DNA from: Haplodiscus bocki
Taxonomy: Eukaryota
Assembly (NCBI GenBank): GCA_965655095.1
Contig: OZ296651.1
Span: 10,912,001 to 10,976,000, forward strand
Length of the DNA stretch: 64,000 nucleotides
Direction: 5' to 3'
Part shown: positions 11,686 to 25,850 of the stretch, in pieces
Position numbering within the stretch: the first letter of the stretch is position 1
Layout of the letters: the number at the start of each line of letters is the position of its first letter
The notes under the pieces: model-generated
What the model was told of the DNA's origin: nothing
What the model saw: the letters and a program-made list of their open reading frames with translations, nothing else
The model's database searches: none
Translations under genes and position numbers: made by a program

Positions 11686-13910
11686 TTTTTTCGTGATCTC
11701 TGGGGGATCTGATTTCGGCTGGTCTCAGTGTCGTGTGAGTGTTGCTTCCCGGCTTCATAATTTCGTGTTACTCAACTCATGCAGTGAAAAGAAACAAAGA
11801 AAGTTTGTTGTGCGTTTTCAGATCTTATCTACTAGTGTCGAAGAGTTCTCTTACAAAACCAGAAATCGTCTCCTAAGCCAGCAGTCTTCTTGGTTTCAGA
11901 ACGCAAAACTTGTTTTTTTGCGACAACCAGAAAAGCAATAAACTCTGACAGGCAGAAAACAACTTTTTTTTAACTTGAAATACATCGAGTACTTCAACTA
12001 TTTACTTTTTAGTGGTGCCTTTTTTCATCAGATGAACCTTTTATACTTTGTTCACGCTGTACCTTGATGACGCCCCGTTTGATGACAATATCTCATCACG
12101 ACATCTCATAGCAGACAATTGTCTAATGAATTTTCCTAGTCTGGACCAACTGAAGTAGTGAAGTAACAATGACTAAACAGCTTATCTCTTGGAGATGGCC
12201 AATACACCTCAGCAACGTGCTAGCAACAGGCGTAACAAAGAATGGACGCAACTGATTCGATGACGCAGATTAAAACAGATTATCGAAATAACCAACAAAG
12301 TGTAAAAACGCCAGCGCTTCAAAACTAAACGAACTTGGTAAACTCAATTCTCAATTTGATCAGACGCTAGACGTTCATCTACAAATTCAGCTACACTGCA
12401 AAACCAGAACTCCATTAGATCTTTGACGTTTTTGTGCTCAGCTTGAATGTCTCAACGCTGATGAACAATTCTTAGACGTTCGACCTCCCTCTTTTCGTCT
12501 TTCTTCAAAAAAAATTGCCAGTTTCTTTTCGTCGTTACTGAAATCTCAACAGAACATAGGAAAACACCCATATCAACTCTTCTTAATTATCTTCAACGAA
12601 GCAACCTAATTCTTCAACTCTATCTCCAGTTTCAAACAAAATTTCGTTAGTGTATAATGTATCATCCTTGTAAAACTGTTTGCTTTATTTATAACGAAAG
12701 TGAGAAAAAAAAATCCAATCAACATTTTATTCTTCTGTTTCATGAAAGCAAGCAAGCTTTCAGCGAATTTTCAAAGTAAACCAAAAGTAGTTAAAAACTA
12801 TTTTACCAATTCAACGGTAGTAGCTCTCTATTGAATAAACTACATATGTGACGAGAACCAAACGCACATTCGATGAAAATTAAAAATGAAGAAAAAATGA
12901 AACTTGTTCACAGCTTGGTTAGGAAAAGAGTTAGTCAGAGTCACCACCACCAGCAGCAAAAGAGACAGTAGAAATTGAAGAATAGAAAAGACCATTCACG
13001 CTCAAATATTGAAGCTCATCTTATTGAAACGAAAAAAAAACGATATAGCATAAGTACACACACATCACATTTTTAATAGAACTTGATTTTCTCTGGTCAT
13101 TTTAAGCAGGTTCTTTCCTGTTCTTTTTTCTTCGACGAATTATTTGGCTAATTTGAGCAGTGAAATATCTCCCGGTGTCAGCCCTTTGTTTTGTTATTCT
13201 TCTAACAAGAACAAATTACTGTCTCACTTCATTTGCCAGAAATGCAAATCAACTTTGCAAGAGTGCACCTGTATATCATACCAGACAATCCTACCTCCAT
13301 AAGTGGCTACTTAGACAGTTTACCTAATTTAAATGATTGCACTATGATTTTTTGTTGTTTTTTTGATCACATGTTCTCCGAACAGACATCACAGACCCAA
13401 AACTGGGGTGGTCTCGACATTCTCTTTATCCCTCCCTTTGGTGTTCTTTGGATATTGGAGATAAAGGGGCAAAAAATGTGAGAGACAGAGATGGATTGGA
13501 ATGAAGCGCCCCCGCAGGTTTTAATGAACTTATGATGAAAGTCTTCAGGAAGTTAATTAACTCATTAATTTTATAACAAGAACCGCCCCGGAATCGGTCG
13601 ACGACGGGACTGTGTTTTACGATGAATATAAAAAATAATAGAAAATATTTAACCGTTTTCCGATTCTGTTGCTGAAAAAAAACATCAAGAAAAAATGAGG
13701 AGCTGAAATTATTGATGAGAAAAGTGTTTATCACATGTGAATAAAAACATCAAATGTATAATATACGACTTGTTTAGCATGTCAAATATTTGTCAAATAC
13801 AATATACATTGCAATGTATTTACGAAGGTCTGCATAGAGTACTAATCAACTTCTTGCCAAGCGTAGAAAGTATCAAGTATTTCCGTGCATCTTGACAAGC
13901 CTGCCATGAT

Positions 13911-14480
13911 CAGACACCGCGAAAATCTGCTCCAAGCAGAAAACAGCAGAATTAGCAGAATTTACCATTCACAGCAGATTGAGCCAAATAGAGTAATCTC
14001 TTGTTTATGCTCTGATTTCAATGAAAAAATAACCAAAAAATCTCTTGACTTTCAAAAAAACGGTTTGTTGAAGGTTATTACGAAACCAATTTTCTAAAAG
14101 TTTTGTTTTTTGCATAGAAAATGCATAATTTTTTGTTAAGTGCATCGAAAAATTTTCTAAAAACTTCCATGCTGCAGCTATTCTGCAGCTGATACAAAAT
14201 TTTCGGTGCCTTTTCTAAAATTTAATGAAAGTGTATGCAACATCAAAAATTTTCCAAAGCCTGCATGCAGCTTCGACTAGGGAAATCAAGAAAAACGAGC
14301 TCAAGCACATTCATAGTGGTTCTTATTCGATAATTGTTTGTTGGTTCGCATTTTTTTGCTTTAAAATCAATCAATTCAATAATTTCCGGTGAAATTTTCC
14401 AAAAAGCAGAAAAAAAGCATATTTAATTTTGGTCGGCAGCAGAATTTCGGTTTGAGAGCAGCAGATTTTCGCGGTGTCTG
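13911..14480. mobile_element. hAT-type non-autonomous element (MITE), 570 bp
   Basis: TIR cagacaccgcgaaaatctgct (13911-13931) and agcagattttcgcggtgtctg (14460-14480); CAG...CTG ends; perfect 8-bp TSD gccatgat at 13903-13910 and 14481-14488. Confidence 0.9.
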
Positions 14481-15054
14481 GCCATGATCCGTTGCACTGG
14501 GGTACTGTAGAATTTGAACAATTTACAGTAATGTAAAGCAAACCATTGGCAGACTGCATATAAATAAGTTCGGGCAACAGATGACTCAGTACCGGACCCC
14601 AGAAAATCCTCCTCACACTGAACTATATGCAATTTTGGGGTCAGTGATTGCGTGCTAGGTTGTGGGGGGAGCGGGAAGTAACTTCTGTGGATTGCCTGCA
14701 AACTGTTAGGCTTAAGGCAACTAGCTCCTCAAAATCTGAATTTACTACAGCTTGCCTGAAACCTTGACCCTTACAGTCAATTGAAATTTATTCATTGCAT
14801 AAAATATGCTTTTTCAGAGAAACTATTTTTGGAATTTTTCCGCTATTTTCAACAGAAGGGGGCAAAATTTGAGGACTTTTTTGGTGTCTTACTACAAAAA
14901 TTTATCTTGTCTTCTGCTTGGTGCTCGATCTGGAAACTCCCGAGTTTTCAATTGTAGACTGTCCCTTTGTAAGCTGAGCATGTCAGAAAAAACTACAATT
15001 GAGAAATCAAAAATTCCCCCAAAGTGTAAAATCTCGGTTTGGCCAAAAACTTAC

Positions 15055-15254
15055 NNNNNNNNNNNNNNNNNNNNNNNNNNNNNNNNNNNNNNNNNNNNNN
15101 NNNNNNNNNNNNNNNNNNNNNNNNNNNNNNNNNNNNNNNNNNNNNNNNNNNNNNNNNNNNNNNNNNNNNNNNNNNNNNNNNNNNNNNNNNNNNNNNNNNN
15201 NNNNNNNNNNNNNNNNNNNNNNNNNNNNNNNNNNNNNNNNNNNNNNNNNNNNNN
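15055..15254. other. Assembly gap (200 N)
   Basis: Run of N characters. Confidence 1.
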
Positions 15255-17719
15255 ATCGCATGATGCCTCCCTGACCTTTTTACAGTCAGCCCATTCTGTT
15301 AGTGGTTCCATTTCTGATCTGAATTAAACGTACATAGAATGCTGACTCACTATAACCAGCTGCTTAAACCGGTTACCGTGAGTCTTCCCTTTTCTGCCAG
15401 TTTGTGTTTTCACATGCGGATGTCTAACTTCTGAGCTACAAATAACCCCTGACCGTTACATTGTAGAATTTTTGATTTTTTCATTTAGAACACTCTCATA
15501 TTTAGTTTGGAAAGATCTTTCTCCGATGATTGTTTGTCCCACCTGGTGCTTTTGTCGCTTTTTTGATTGATTTGGGTTTCCCGCTGTCTTCAAAGCTGCC
15601 GTTCTTCATTTTGTTTACAAGTTTGTTTTTTGAACATTCTACCAAATGTCGTTTGCCTGGTCCTCAACTGCATCCATTCCCAGTATTTTACCCATGGTCC
15701 GATCAAACGCCGCTAGTCTACAAACAATTCTGAAAAAAAAAGATTCTTACGATGCTCGATATCCTCGAATTTCCTCTTCTCCGCACCCGTACTCATATGA
15801 AGGATCATCCAACCTATGCTACGATTCGCATCAAACATGACGGAGAGGGAAACGCCACAAAAATATTTCATGGCGAAGAATTCCTCGACCTCATGTTTAG
15901 CGGACCCAAATGGTATGGATTCGACTCCGTCGATCATTCTAGCGACTTCGTCGTTCCTAATTTCCATGGGATCTGGGGACTTATCATTTTCCCATGTTGA
16001 AGAACAAATATCAAGGCTGTTCTAAAAAACCTAGAATGACTCCCCAGTTGCCTCATTACTCTGAGTTTAAACTTTTAAATCTTGTGAATCAGATGTTTAT
16101 CTTAATAATTCCTTCACTAAAAACCATGTTAAACTAATTTATTGTTCTTTATAGCCTTCCAGATATTTTAGGCACGCTTTTCCACAACCGGCAACTTTTC
16201 TTTTTCCATCCTAACTTTAAAAATAAAGATGACGTTTAAGACTAACTTTTTACTACCTTCTTTTCATTTTTACTTTTTAAAAACTTTTTACTTTTCATTA
16301 CTTCTACCTTCTTTTCGTGGCTGTTGAAAACTGAAAAGTTTACCATTTTTTCAAAATTTTTTGGTTACTGGAAATTACCAAAAACTGCAAAATTTTCGAG
16401 GAAGCTCCAGCAGCGCTAGCTCAATACAAACCAAAATCAAAAACAATTTTCTTCAAAAACCTACAAAAAACTCAAACAAATTGCGGTAACTGAATACCTG
16501 TTTTGTCTCACAAGTAACGGTAGGCGATATATGCCACGCAGTAATAAAGCTGACACAAAATATATGACGCAGTGGCACCCACAATTAAAATCATCGACCA
16601 TGTTGGTACAAGTTTTGCAATTGGTTTAGATAAAAAATGTTGGCGAATCAAAGGTTGCTCTTCACTCCAAAAACAATTTCCTGTTTTCGTTCAGTTAGCA
16701 GAACCGTTCTGACAGCGCAACAATGCGTGTCCTCTCCACATTTATTTCTCAGAATTTTTGCTCCAGCTATCTACACAAATGGCAAACATCAGCAATACAA
16801 ATAGGACTGCCATTTTTGAGAACAAAAACTCGACTTTTATGTTAGACTTTTAAAAAAAGGAGACACTGCGAAAAACAAACAAAACAACCCGCATCGTGGC
16901 ACGTTATATTGCGAAAAATCACCATTTTTTTCATCCATCCTTTCGTTTCCATGGCCACGTTTTGTGCTTTGTAATGGCTTTTTCTTTTGAAACTTCCGTA
17001 CTGGCTTAAACTCAGCAAATATGACCCTTTTGAACAGTTTCAACATTCAGATTAAAAGTAACTGTCCGTTTGTCTAAATAGTTTTATTTGCGACCTTTGA
17101 AAACAAACCCTGAATGATAGGTTTCTCGACAGTTTTAACACTTCGTAAAATCTCGTTTTGCCATTTTGATTCTTGTATAGTTTTGCTACACCTGCGAATT
17201 AATCTCTGAGTTGAATTTAGTTGATTTCCTGAAACAAGATTTGTTATCTTAATCTTCTCTCCTGCTTCATTTCGGAGTGATTGGGCCTCTCTAACATTCT
17301 AACATCGAAGTCCCCACGAACAACGATGATTTCATTTTAAAAAAGGATTTTATTTTTTTTGAGGGTTTCAAAAACTTCCTGACTGACAATTTCGATCGTT
17401 TCGAGTTTCTTGTTCTGGATCCGACTTATGAATTTATTATGCGGCAGGATTTTGATTAAAAGATTCAACAATTTACCCTAATGTGGGAATCTCATCATTT
17501 TTTTTGTCGGTTAACTTTTGGTGCCAAAGACTTCTGGATTCAACGGTAATTGGATGTTACAACAAGTCGGCGGGCTATCAACGGCATATTTTTCGCCCAA
17601 CTACAAATATTTTCATCAACTTTCGATAGCGGTTAAAAACAAAACTACTGTTTTGAATTAAGTTTTCAAAGAGTTTTTACAAATCAATTCCACCACTGAG
17701 TTCTGTACTTTATGCAGAA

Positions 17720-18180
17720 GGGTATCACGATTTCCCGTTGAAAAAATTTCGTCTCACAGTTCCGGAAAAATTCGTCGAGGAACCCTTCTGTGTTTCAGAA
17801 AATTTCTGTCGTCGAAAAAATGTTAGGGATGAGGAAGTGGGGTATCAAGTTTTTCCGTTGAAAACTTTTTGTCTCACGGTTCCGAAAAATTCTGTGGGGG
17901 AACCATTCTGTGTTTCGCAAAATTTCTGGTATCAAAAAAATATTTGGATAAGAGAGGGGCAGAGCAGGGGCAGGAGGGATGGAGTATCAAGATTTTCTGG
18001 CAAATATTTTTTGTCTCGCAGTGCCAAAAATTTTCGTAGGGGAAACCTTTACGTTTTCATTAAGTTCGGGTATCGAAAAATGTTAGGGATAAATCGTAGA
18101 AATTTTTGGCAGGGCAGTGACTCGAAACCAGAACCTTTTGCTGGAGAACATTGTTGTCGCAAGCCTACCGCTGTCTTTTA
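17720..18180. repeat. Three imperfect ~120-140-bp tandem units followed by a minus-strand tRNA-like head
   Basis: Units ggtatca...tttccgttgaaaa...gtctcacagttccgaaaaatt..gggaaccnttctgtgttt start near 17721, 17841 and 17982. The reverse complement of 18110-18176 has an agcggtagg A-box-like motif and a ggtttcgagtc B-box-like motif. Confidence 0.65.
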
Positions 18181-21100
18181 CTTTTGAATTATGTAGTTGG
18201 CAATGTTTGTCTGAACAAAAAGAAAAACGACCCTTCTGAATGAATAATTTTCTTGTATATTATATACACAGCGAAAAATAGAAAATGAATCCTGAACTCT
18301 CCTCTGCGCAACAAGACCTCTTTCTGATCCGCCATGGAACCGCTTTGTTTTTAACACTGCCAAAACTTCCCATGCCTACTCGTTATTGCCGTGGAGCTAA
18401 TGTGGGCCTTGCCGTGCGTGCCGCTGTTGTTCGTTTTGATGGGGGACTTGCTGTAGATGGTTCCCATTCATGTGGTCTACAAATAACTTTTGGGAATTAT
18501 CAAGACCAATCAAAAGCATATTCTGAAAAAGCACGCCAACTAGCCCGTTTTCAATTTTTTCTTATCGACTACGTTAACGAATTTTTGACTAACACGTTAG
18601 TGTCGAAAACGACTTGGCAGCCCTTAATGGAAATCAATCTGAATTGGCTCCGACTCGAAATAAGAGGGGGATTTTCATCCAAGATCAAATGGCTAGTTAT
18701 GAACAGAATATTGCTCTTCACGCGGAAGCAATCACATTTTGTTCGCCAACCAACAAACTAATTTTATCTTTGATACTGCCTCTTTTTCACTTTCAACGAT
18801 CCATGCTAGCGTGGTAGTCTATTGTTCGGCTTTTTCGTTTTTCGTATGAGCTACTAAGCTAATAAAAGTCTTTTGCAGTTATGCTGAAAGGATATCTGCC
18901 GATGTCGCTGATTCCTTTGGAGTCGCTTCTAGCGATGTTGGCTAATTTCAATCTCCGGCAGTCAACAGCTCGAGATGGTCGTCTTTCATTTAACGACCGA
19001 GCAAGTTTTCGTATTTTTATGATTTTCGCATGTTCGTTGGTGCTAGTCAGAAGGACAATTGTTTACCATTAACGTACAATTGCTTCACAGTAAACTGGCT
19101 TTACATTCTTTGGAAAAAAAATTTTACCTATTCGTTTTCCGGACGACCCTTAGATTTCTCTTACATGGAGCGACTCAACTCCAATTTTAGCCCTCTCTGA
19201 GAACAAACTCAAATCGTCTGTTTTATCTGTGGAACAGCTTGAGCAGTTTCTCGGTTCGTCGTCGTAACGAATTTGCTCCGAAGCATTCTGAACACAGATG
19301 AGACACAACAGTTGTACTGCGATAACCTTTTGTTTTAGTTCTCTGGACGCATTGGCTGTTTGTCAAACCACCACTAGAACCTTACCTAATATTGAACAAG
19401 CTGCGATTCTACGTTTTGGCATCTGGCCCATTACAACTGCCAATTGTGATTTCACTTTTCGCAGCAAATAATCCTCATGAGCAATATCAATCTCTTCTCG
19501 ATCATTTGCTAGCTGTTTTTTTCACTATCACCGTCTCATGGTCCATACGGAGCAACTCATCATTAGATCTGATTTTGCATCAAGTTCAAAGGTTCCGGCA
19601 ATTAGGTTGATATTGTTTTCGCCAAATCCACTTGAATCCTTCATCTGGCAAGTACCCTTAGACGACCTACCTTTAAATACCTCGGAAGCAGAAGCAAGAG
19701 TGACTCTTTTCGTAGCAGTCCGGAATCAGGTCATAAGCAGCCCAAGAGTTCGCCTAGTCAATCAATTGGTGGAGAGAGCCTCCGTTTGCAAAGGACATGA
19801 AACGTTTGGAAAACTCACTGTCCCGCAATTTTTTTGGGCATGTGCTTTGAGGGTGCCTTTTACGTTGAGAGTGAATGTTTTCATCGTTTGAACAATGCTA
19901 TTTCTTGGTCTTGTGTATGTTTATCACCATTTTAATCTTGTGAATCGCAGTTTCTTGAAATCATCCACAAAAAATGCTATCAATCCGGTGCTACACGTCT
20001 CTAATGAATGCTCAAAAGCACTTTCCGAAGAACTCGCCCAGCGCTACTACTTGTTCGCACCCAACGGGAGAGTCTCATCTGGACAACCGAAAGGTGTATC
20101 TTAAGACACCATTAAACCAGGTCTACTCGGGCTTTTTAATAAAATGATAAAATGGAAGCTCCATGTGAGGTAATCGCAAACAAAAACGCAGATACCCAGC
20201 CCTAATTCCTCCCTTTTTTTACCTGAACCCTAAATTTAATCATTAAATCTGATCATTGAAACTCAGAATATGCCTTGTATACCTGATTTCTGCAATAAAA
20301 TTAAAAAAACGAAAAGTAGTAAAACTCTGGCTCAACACACAACACGACACGATATGACAACACTTCGGGACTGGTTAAACAACTACGTCACAAGGCGATA
20401 ACGTGAAAAAGTTTGAACAGTGTCAATTTTGCAAGCGATTTGCCTTAAATCTATTTGTCTATTTAGCTGGGAATTCTTTGAGTTCATTGTGTCTTTGCAC
20501 CAACCCAACTTAGGCGTTTGAGCCATCTCTTTTCAAGAAATTTACCGTATTCCTCCGAACGGATGATGGTCTCTTTTAACAGGCCGCAATTGTTTGAAGA
20601 GATGAAGTTACATGTACTGAAATTTTTCCATACTTGAGGACATGTTGACTTGAATTTAGAACTTCGAATTCCCTAATCTTTCAAAAATCCACTGTAAACT
20701 AAATGTTTTGTTTCTTGGTCTTGTTTTCTATTGATGTTACAGAAAGTTGAATTTTTTTTTCAATCTACGAAGACTTTTGAACTTGAAACTGCATGTTTTT
20801 TCTCGAAAAACCAAAACAGGATTGTACCCATGCTCCTGAAGGAAAACCCTCTCCACTTGCCATAACAAAAACTTCTACAGTTGAAACAATCAAGGCCTGA
20901 AATGAGAATAAATAACTAACAACTTATTAAAAAAACACTGCAAGGAGAACCAGATATGCGTGCTTCTTCTTTTCTCTGAACTTAAAACTCCTTTTACAGC
21001 GACAGAAATAAGAAAACTTGCTTTCTGTTGAAGAGTCGGGAAGGAAACAATTACCCCCTTAACGGAAAACTACCAAAAGTAGAAAAAAAATATCCTGCAA

Positions 21101-22119
21101 AAACACAAAGTTTCAGCCTTCTTGTTTTCCTGACGGGCAAAATACAAACAGCAAAAATGTTTGTGCGATGGAACTTGCAAGTGCACTCTGAGACCTCTTC
21201 AACCGTTTTCTACTATGTTTGACGTTAAGGTATGCCGTAAACTTCCTTTGATTTTTGCCCCTACGGAGCGCAAAGCCACCGGAGATTATCAATGATTCTT
21301 GGAAGTTTTGGAAAGGAGAGTTTTAGAGCTCACAGGACCACTTGACTGGAACCACGAACATTTATTCTTTGATTTACTCGGGCGAATCAGTTTGGCTCTT
21401 GAAAGTGAACTTCGGGAAAAACAGCATTGTGGGATTTATTTTCACTTCACGCGTTCAAGGTACCGAAAGGTCTTCCGGGTCACAAAAAGCCTCACGACAC
21501 CGACCTCAACTAGAAAAATTTCGCCGGGCGATTGCTCTTTTGTGGCGTTTCAATATGTCCAAGAAATGGCCCCCAAAATGGAGCCACTCTGTGAAATGCA
21601 AGCAACGTAATTGCGTCAAACGTACTTGGAAGTGCAGGTTTTAATGAGATTTTTTTATTACATAGTTCAGAACGCAACCTTCGAATTTTGGAGCATCTTG
21701 GATTGCCCGCAGTATCTACAAACTTCTTTTTCAATTGAAACTTTAAGTGCTTCTTGGAACAAGAAAGTTCGCTGCAAAGCAAAAAAGCCTAATAATTGGC
21801 TTGAAATTCGATTTTTACAGCGGGAAGAAGTTTTATTAAACGCCTTCCTGGGACAGATAGAAGAAGGCCTGAAAACGCCAGCGCATACGAAAGGAAGGCA
21901 TGAACGGAAATGTGGCTCCTTTTAACTTCCGAGAAATGAATCTTGATAAGTATTGGATTTCTATTGGGAGCCATTATGCAATTTTTTTCGATTAAACAAG
22001 GAGTATAACGTGGTCTCCCAAAAAACGTGAGAGCAGAAACCAAAAACCAATTATGTTCTTTTTATGTGGGGAAATTTTTGTGCGTGGGAAGGTTAGGGGA
22101 GGAACAGTTTGTGTGTGTG

Positions 22120-25100
22120 TTGTTGTTGTTGTTGTTATTGTTGTTGTAGTGGTTGGTGATAATGCGGATTCTCAGCATTCGCCGATGGGATTGCTCCCAT
22201 CATTGTATTCACCATCTTTGTCCCATGTTCCCGCGTTGTTCACAGTCGCAAACCCTTAGCCATGTACCAGAGACATTTCAGACGAACTTGTTATTAAAGT
22301 GCATCCATATTTCGCGGAGACGTCTATCTTTGAGACCAGTTCCGTTGCCAGTCTCAAAACAGTTTTTGGTTTTTATCACAATTTCGCAATTTCTGAAGAA
22401 AAGTTCACTGCAACTTCCATCACTCCGAGGCAATTTTATTTGATTGTTCATGGGCTTGCGTGCAATGCAGGTCGTTTTGGTATGTGTGTTCAGAATAATC
22501 GCCAGGTCGCCTTTAGTGAGTGACGAGAAAACCAGAAGGTCGTTTTTCTGCAGAAACAATGGTAGTGCTAGAAAAATCAGTCACCTCAAACTGATCGCGT
22601 ATTTAGTCTTTTTCCCTTTATCCATTTCACGGTTTCTTCTGGAGCGCTCAAGGTGCTTTTAGATACTTTGGCACCGAAATTTCCGTAAGTGGCAATCAGA
22701 AGCACTAGCGACTTGTAGAGGCCCAGTTTGATGTGGGCTTTAACATTGTAGGTGATGTTGCGCCTGAGAGAAAACAAACCACTTTTCAACCTTTTGTTTA
22801 CGTTGTTGTACCAGTTGAGTTCTCTTTCTACAAAAAAACCAAGTCTTTCATGTCTTTTGGGTCTCTCAAACTGATCTTACCGACATTATATTCCGTATTT
22901 GTTTCTCTGAACTCCAATTTGTAACAATTTTTAGGAGCTAATTTCATTCCTTTGGTGTATCGGATGGTATCTCTTCTTTTGTCATTGCACTACTGAGGAT
23001 TTTCAAGTCGTCCATAAAAATGTACGGAGCACCGAACTTCAGTGATTCAGGTAGGTTGTTTGTGAAAATACAAAACGGCAGCGGAATCACAAGAGAACAT
23101 TGGTGTACAACACTTGTGATTTCCAGGTGGCAGAAGACAGTGTCTTCAAGTCTATTATGCTGGGTTCGTTCATCCAAGTAGTCAAAAGTTCAAGAAAGCC
23201 GCCTCCATCGCCAATTCCACTCATTTGCTGAAGCAGATCTGAATGGTACATGGTCAAATGCTTTTAAAAAATAGGTGCAAAAAGCGACTACTCTGTCACT
23301 GGAGATTTTGTCCAAAGCTTCATGAATGCTTTTCATAAATTTCAGCATAATTGCTTAAATTGATCTTCCACGGACAAATCCGTGCTGGTTTCTGGAGATA
23401 AAGGACGAGAAATGAAGAAAGAGGGGACCATAAAAGCACTGTTTGGAAACTTTGCTGTCATTATTTAGAAGTGATAGTGGTCAGTTTTTCTTCCGCAGGT
23501 GTTTGTCTCCTTTTTGTAGACGGGCACAATAATAGCTTCTTTCCAAGCGCTAGTAAACTTTCATTGTCATTTAACATGCTTGAAAAGCTTGCTTAAAGAA
23601 GTATTACATTCTACAGTAGTTTCTATGAAAAGTACTGGGGGAAAATTGCTTGGACCTTAAAAGTCGGTGATGTCTGGATCGGTCAAAATACTTCCGATTC
23701 TGGTTTTTGAGACGTCAAAATTTGTCATAAAAGATCTTTCAGTTCGAAATTCTTTCAGTCTGAATGTTATTTTGGGGAATTGACTGAGCAGAAAAACGCG
23801 TTGAAGAAGCCAGCTGTTTCATCAACAAGCGGCTGGCCTCATTATTTTTGTGCAATACTTTGAGAATGCGGTTCGTTTTGTTAAGATATATCAAATGCTT
23901 GGAAGTTCTTTCAGTATTGCGTGAGCTCAGTAGGTCTTGTTGGCAAATCGAATTATATATCTCATATTTCTCTCACCACTTTTTCTGGTTTAGAAACGTA
24001 GTTATTTCGGTATGCAGTGGAACTTTCTAAAATCATTTTTTCGGAGTTTTCCGTTTTTTGATCAGATTTGATGTACTTGGAGTTATCCAAGTAGGCATTG
24101 CTTTTCGATGTTTCTTTCTCAGTGGGAAACACACCCATAGTAAACAATTAGTGTATTCACACTGCTCAAAATACGTTTTGTAAAGGTTCATCAGACATAC
24201 CGGACTGAAGGAATCTTTCCTCATAATTTCAGTCTGTTTAAGAAAACTGGCTCTCCCTGAAATTCGTTATTTTTCACATATATGTTTCTGTTGATGATGC
24301 CAACTGCTTGGTGATTCGTGAGTTTGTAGAACTTCGGGGAAATTTTATCCAGTTTAGCTAGAAAAATTTCGTTTCCTGTGAGAGACCAGGTCGATCGGTT
24401 TGTTGGAACAAGTGGGAAAGTGGACATTTTGTCGACACAAGTATTGATCAAGAAAATCAGTGACCCATTTTCAGTAGTTGTGGGAGCTGTATTGCGTATA
24501 CCAGTTTATTGTAGGCAGATTCATTCAGAAACCACAGACGATTTATGGAGTCAATTTCGGAAAAATTCAATTTTTTTCAAACAGCATTTTCAATTAGGTT
24601 TTTGCTGTCATCCGGTGGGTTATGCAAAGCACAGAGACAAAAACCCAGTTTGTCAAGGTTTATGGACCAGGCGAAAAAGCTTCAATTAGTTCAATGTCCA
24701 GTTCTTTCGAAACGAGAGAGTGTTTTACCGCGTTTACAGTGCCTCCGCGAGCAGAGTAGTCTTTGTTAGACACTGTGTCTGCTCGTTTAAGTTTTAATCC
24801 TTTAGATGTAGTTCCGAGTTTCCAAGACATGCATCCAACGTTGTTCCACACAAGCAAAGGACATTAGATTGGCTCAAATTTATGGCATTCACGTTTTTTC
24901 TTTTTCTTTTTGCTGTCGAAAGACTTCGAGTATTCAGTAAGAGCATGGTCATGTAAAAAATTTTGTCAATCTTCCTTCTTTTTCAATCAATAGGGTTTTC
25001 TTCCCGTCTTTAAAAAGTTCAAAAATGTGTAATAACTGTTTCTTGGGTAAGAAACCGCTGTCTATGAGTTCTCTCCGCTTCTTCAAACACAGATTTTCTT

Positions 25101-25850
25101 TCTCAACATTTTGTCTTGACAGCATAGACTTTAGAAAATTGTTCTCGCCCTTGACATCGATTCGTTTGTCTTAGCTTTTTGCTTGCTTCGCATCCTGTGT
25201 TGATGGTTACAAGGAGAGTTCTGGACTTCTTTTGTCCTGCCAAATAATTTTCCAAATTTTTTCAACTCTTGGAATTTGTAACAACGCTAGACTCGATAAA
25301 ACTTTCGTTCAATTTGTTGTCCGTTAGGACAAGACCTCTGTGTTTCTTCTGGTCAAGTTCCTTAGGGATCCCGTCATTTCTGATACTTGATAAGATTATG
25401 TGGTTGAGGATATGCTTATGGTCAGGTTCCGGTGAGGTCTTCCTCGAAGAAGCTACTTCAACGTTTTTCGCAGCCAAATAGCAAAAGCTTTTTAACATTC
25501 TTTACCGGAGACATTCAAGATATGTTCAACTTCTTGGCCATTCAGGGAAATTAGTTGCAACGCCAGTGATTCCAGTTTGTCTTCAATTTTGAGGGCATCG
25601 ATTTGTCCATTCGGTTTGTGTATGGTACATTTTCAGTGATGTTGTCAGGTTCGTTGCTTTCAAAACGGGTGTTGCGTAATAACATGCTTCTGTGCCCGGG
25701 TTCTCTGATTCCATTTGTGACTAAGTTTGACAGGCCAGTACACGGATGTTCAACATGCATGATGCAGTTACATCCAATAGAGTGTTAGGTTTTGTCAATT
25801 TGTGTGAACTGGCTTTTGCAAGTTGTACAGTTTTTGTTATTTTTGCAAGC
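22120..25850 (-). mobile_element. Heavily decayed CR1-clade LINE, same group as 36297-40104
   Basis: ORF1 remnants (MHVEHPCTGLS; ENLCLKKRRELIDSG), APE LLNTRSL (~24930), RT YIFMDDLKIL, LRRNI..KLGLYKSLV, and a 3' (CAA)n tail seen as (GTT)n at 22120-22146. Confidence 0.85.

Noticed and set aside
11493-11758. ORFs with SL/ER dipeptide repeats
   Set aside because: Translations of the (CT)n microsatellite.
14806-15327. ORFs spanning the N run
   Set aside because: Artefacts of the assembly gap.
16837-17046. Q..CGLFCLFF resembling a Polinton cysteine-protease C-terminus
   Set aside because: No upstream His/Asp catalytic motifs are recognisable.
17738-18187. 149-aa ORF with internal repeats
   Set aside because: Translation of the non-coding tandem repeat units.
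19200-19800. Possible integrase remnant on the minus strand (RIQVDLA near 19620-19645)
   Set aside because: A single short motif; the DDE triad is not recoverable by eye.
21299-21925. Possible hAT transposase C-terminal remnant (FEFWSILDCPQYL)
   Set aside because: Similarity is too weak and no TIRs were found.
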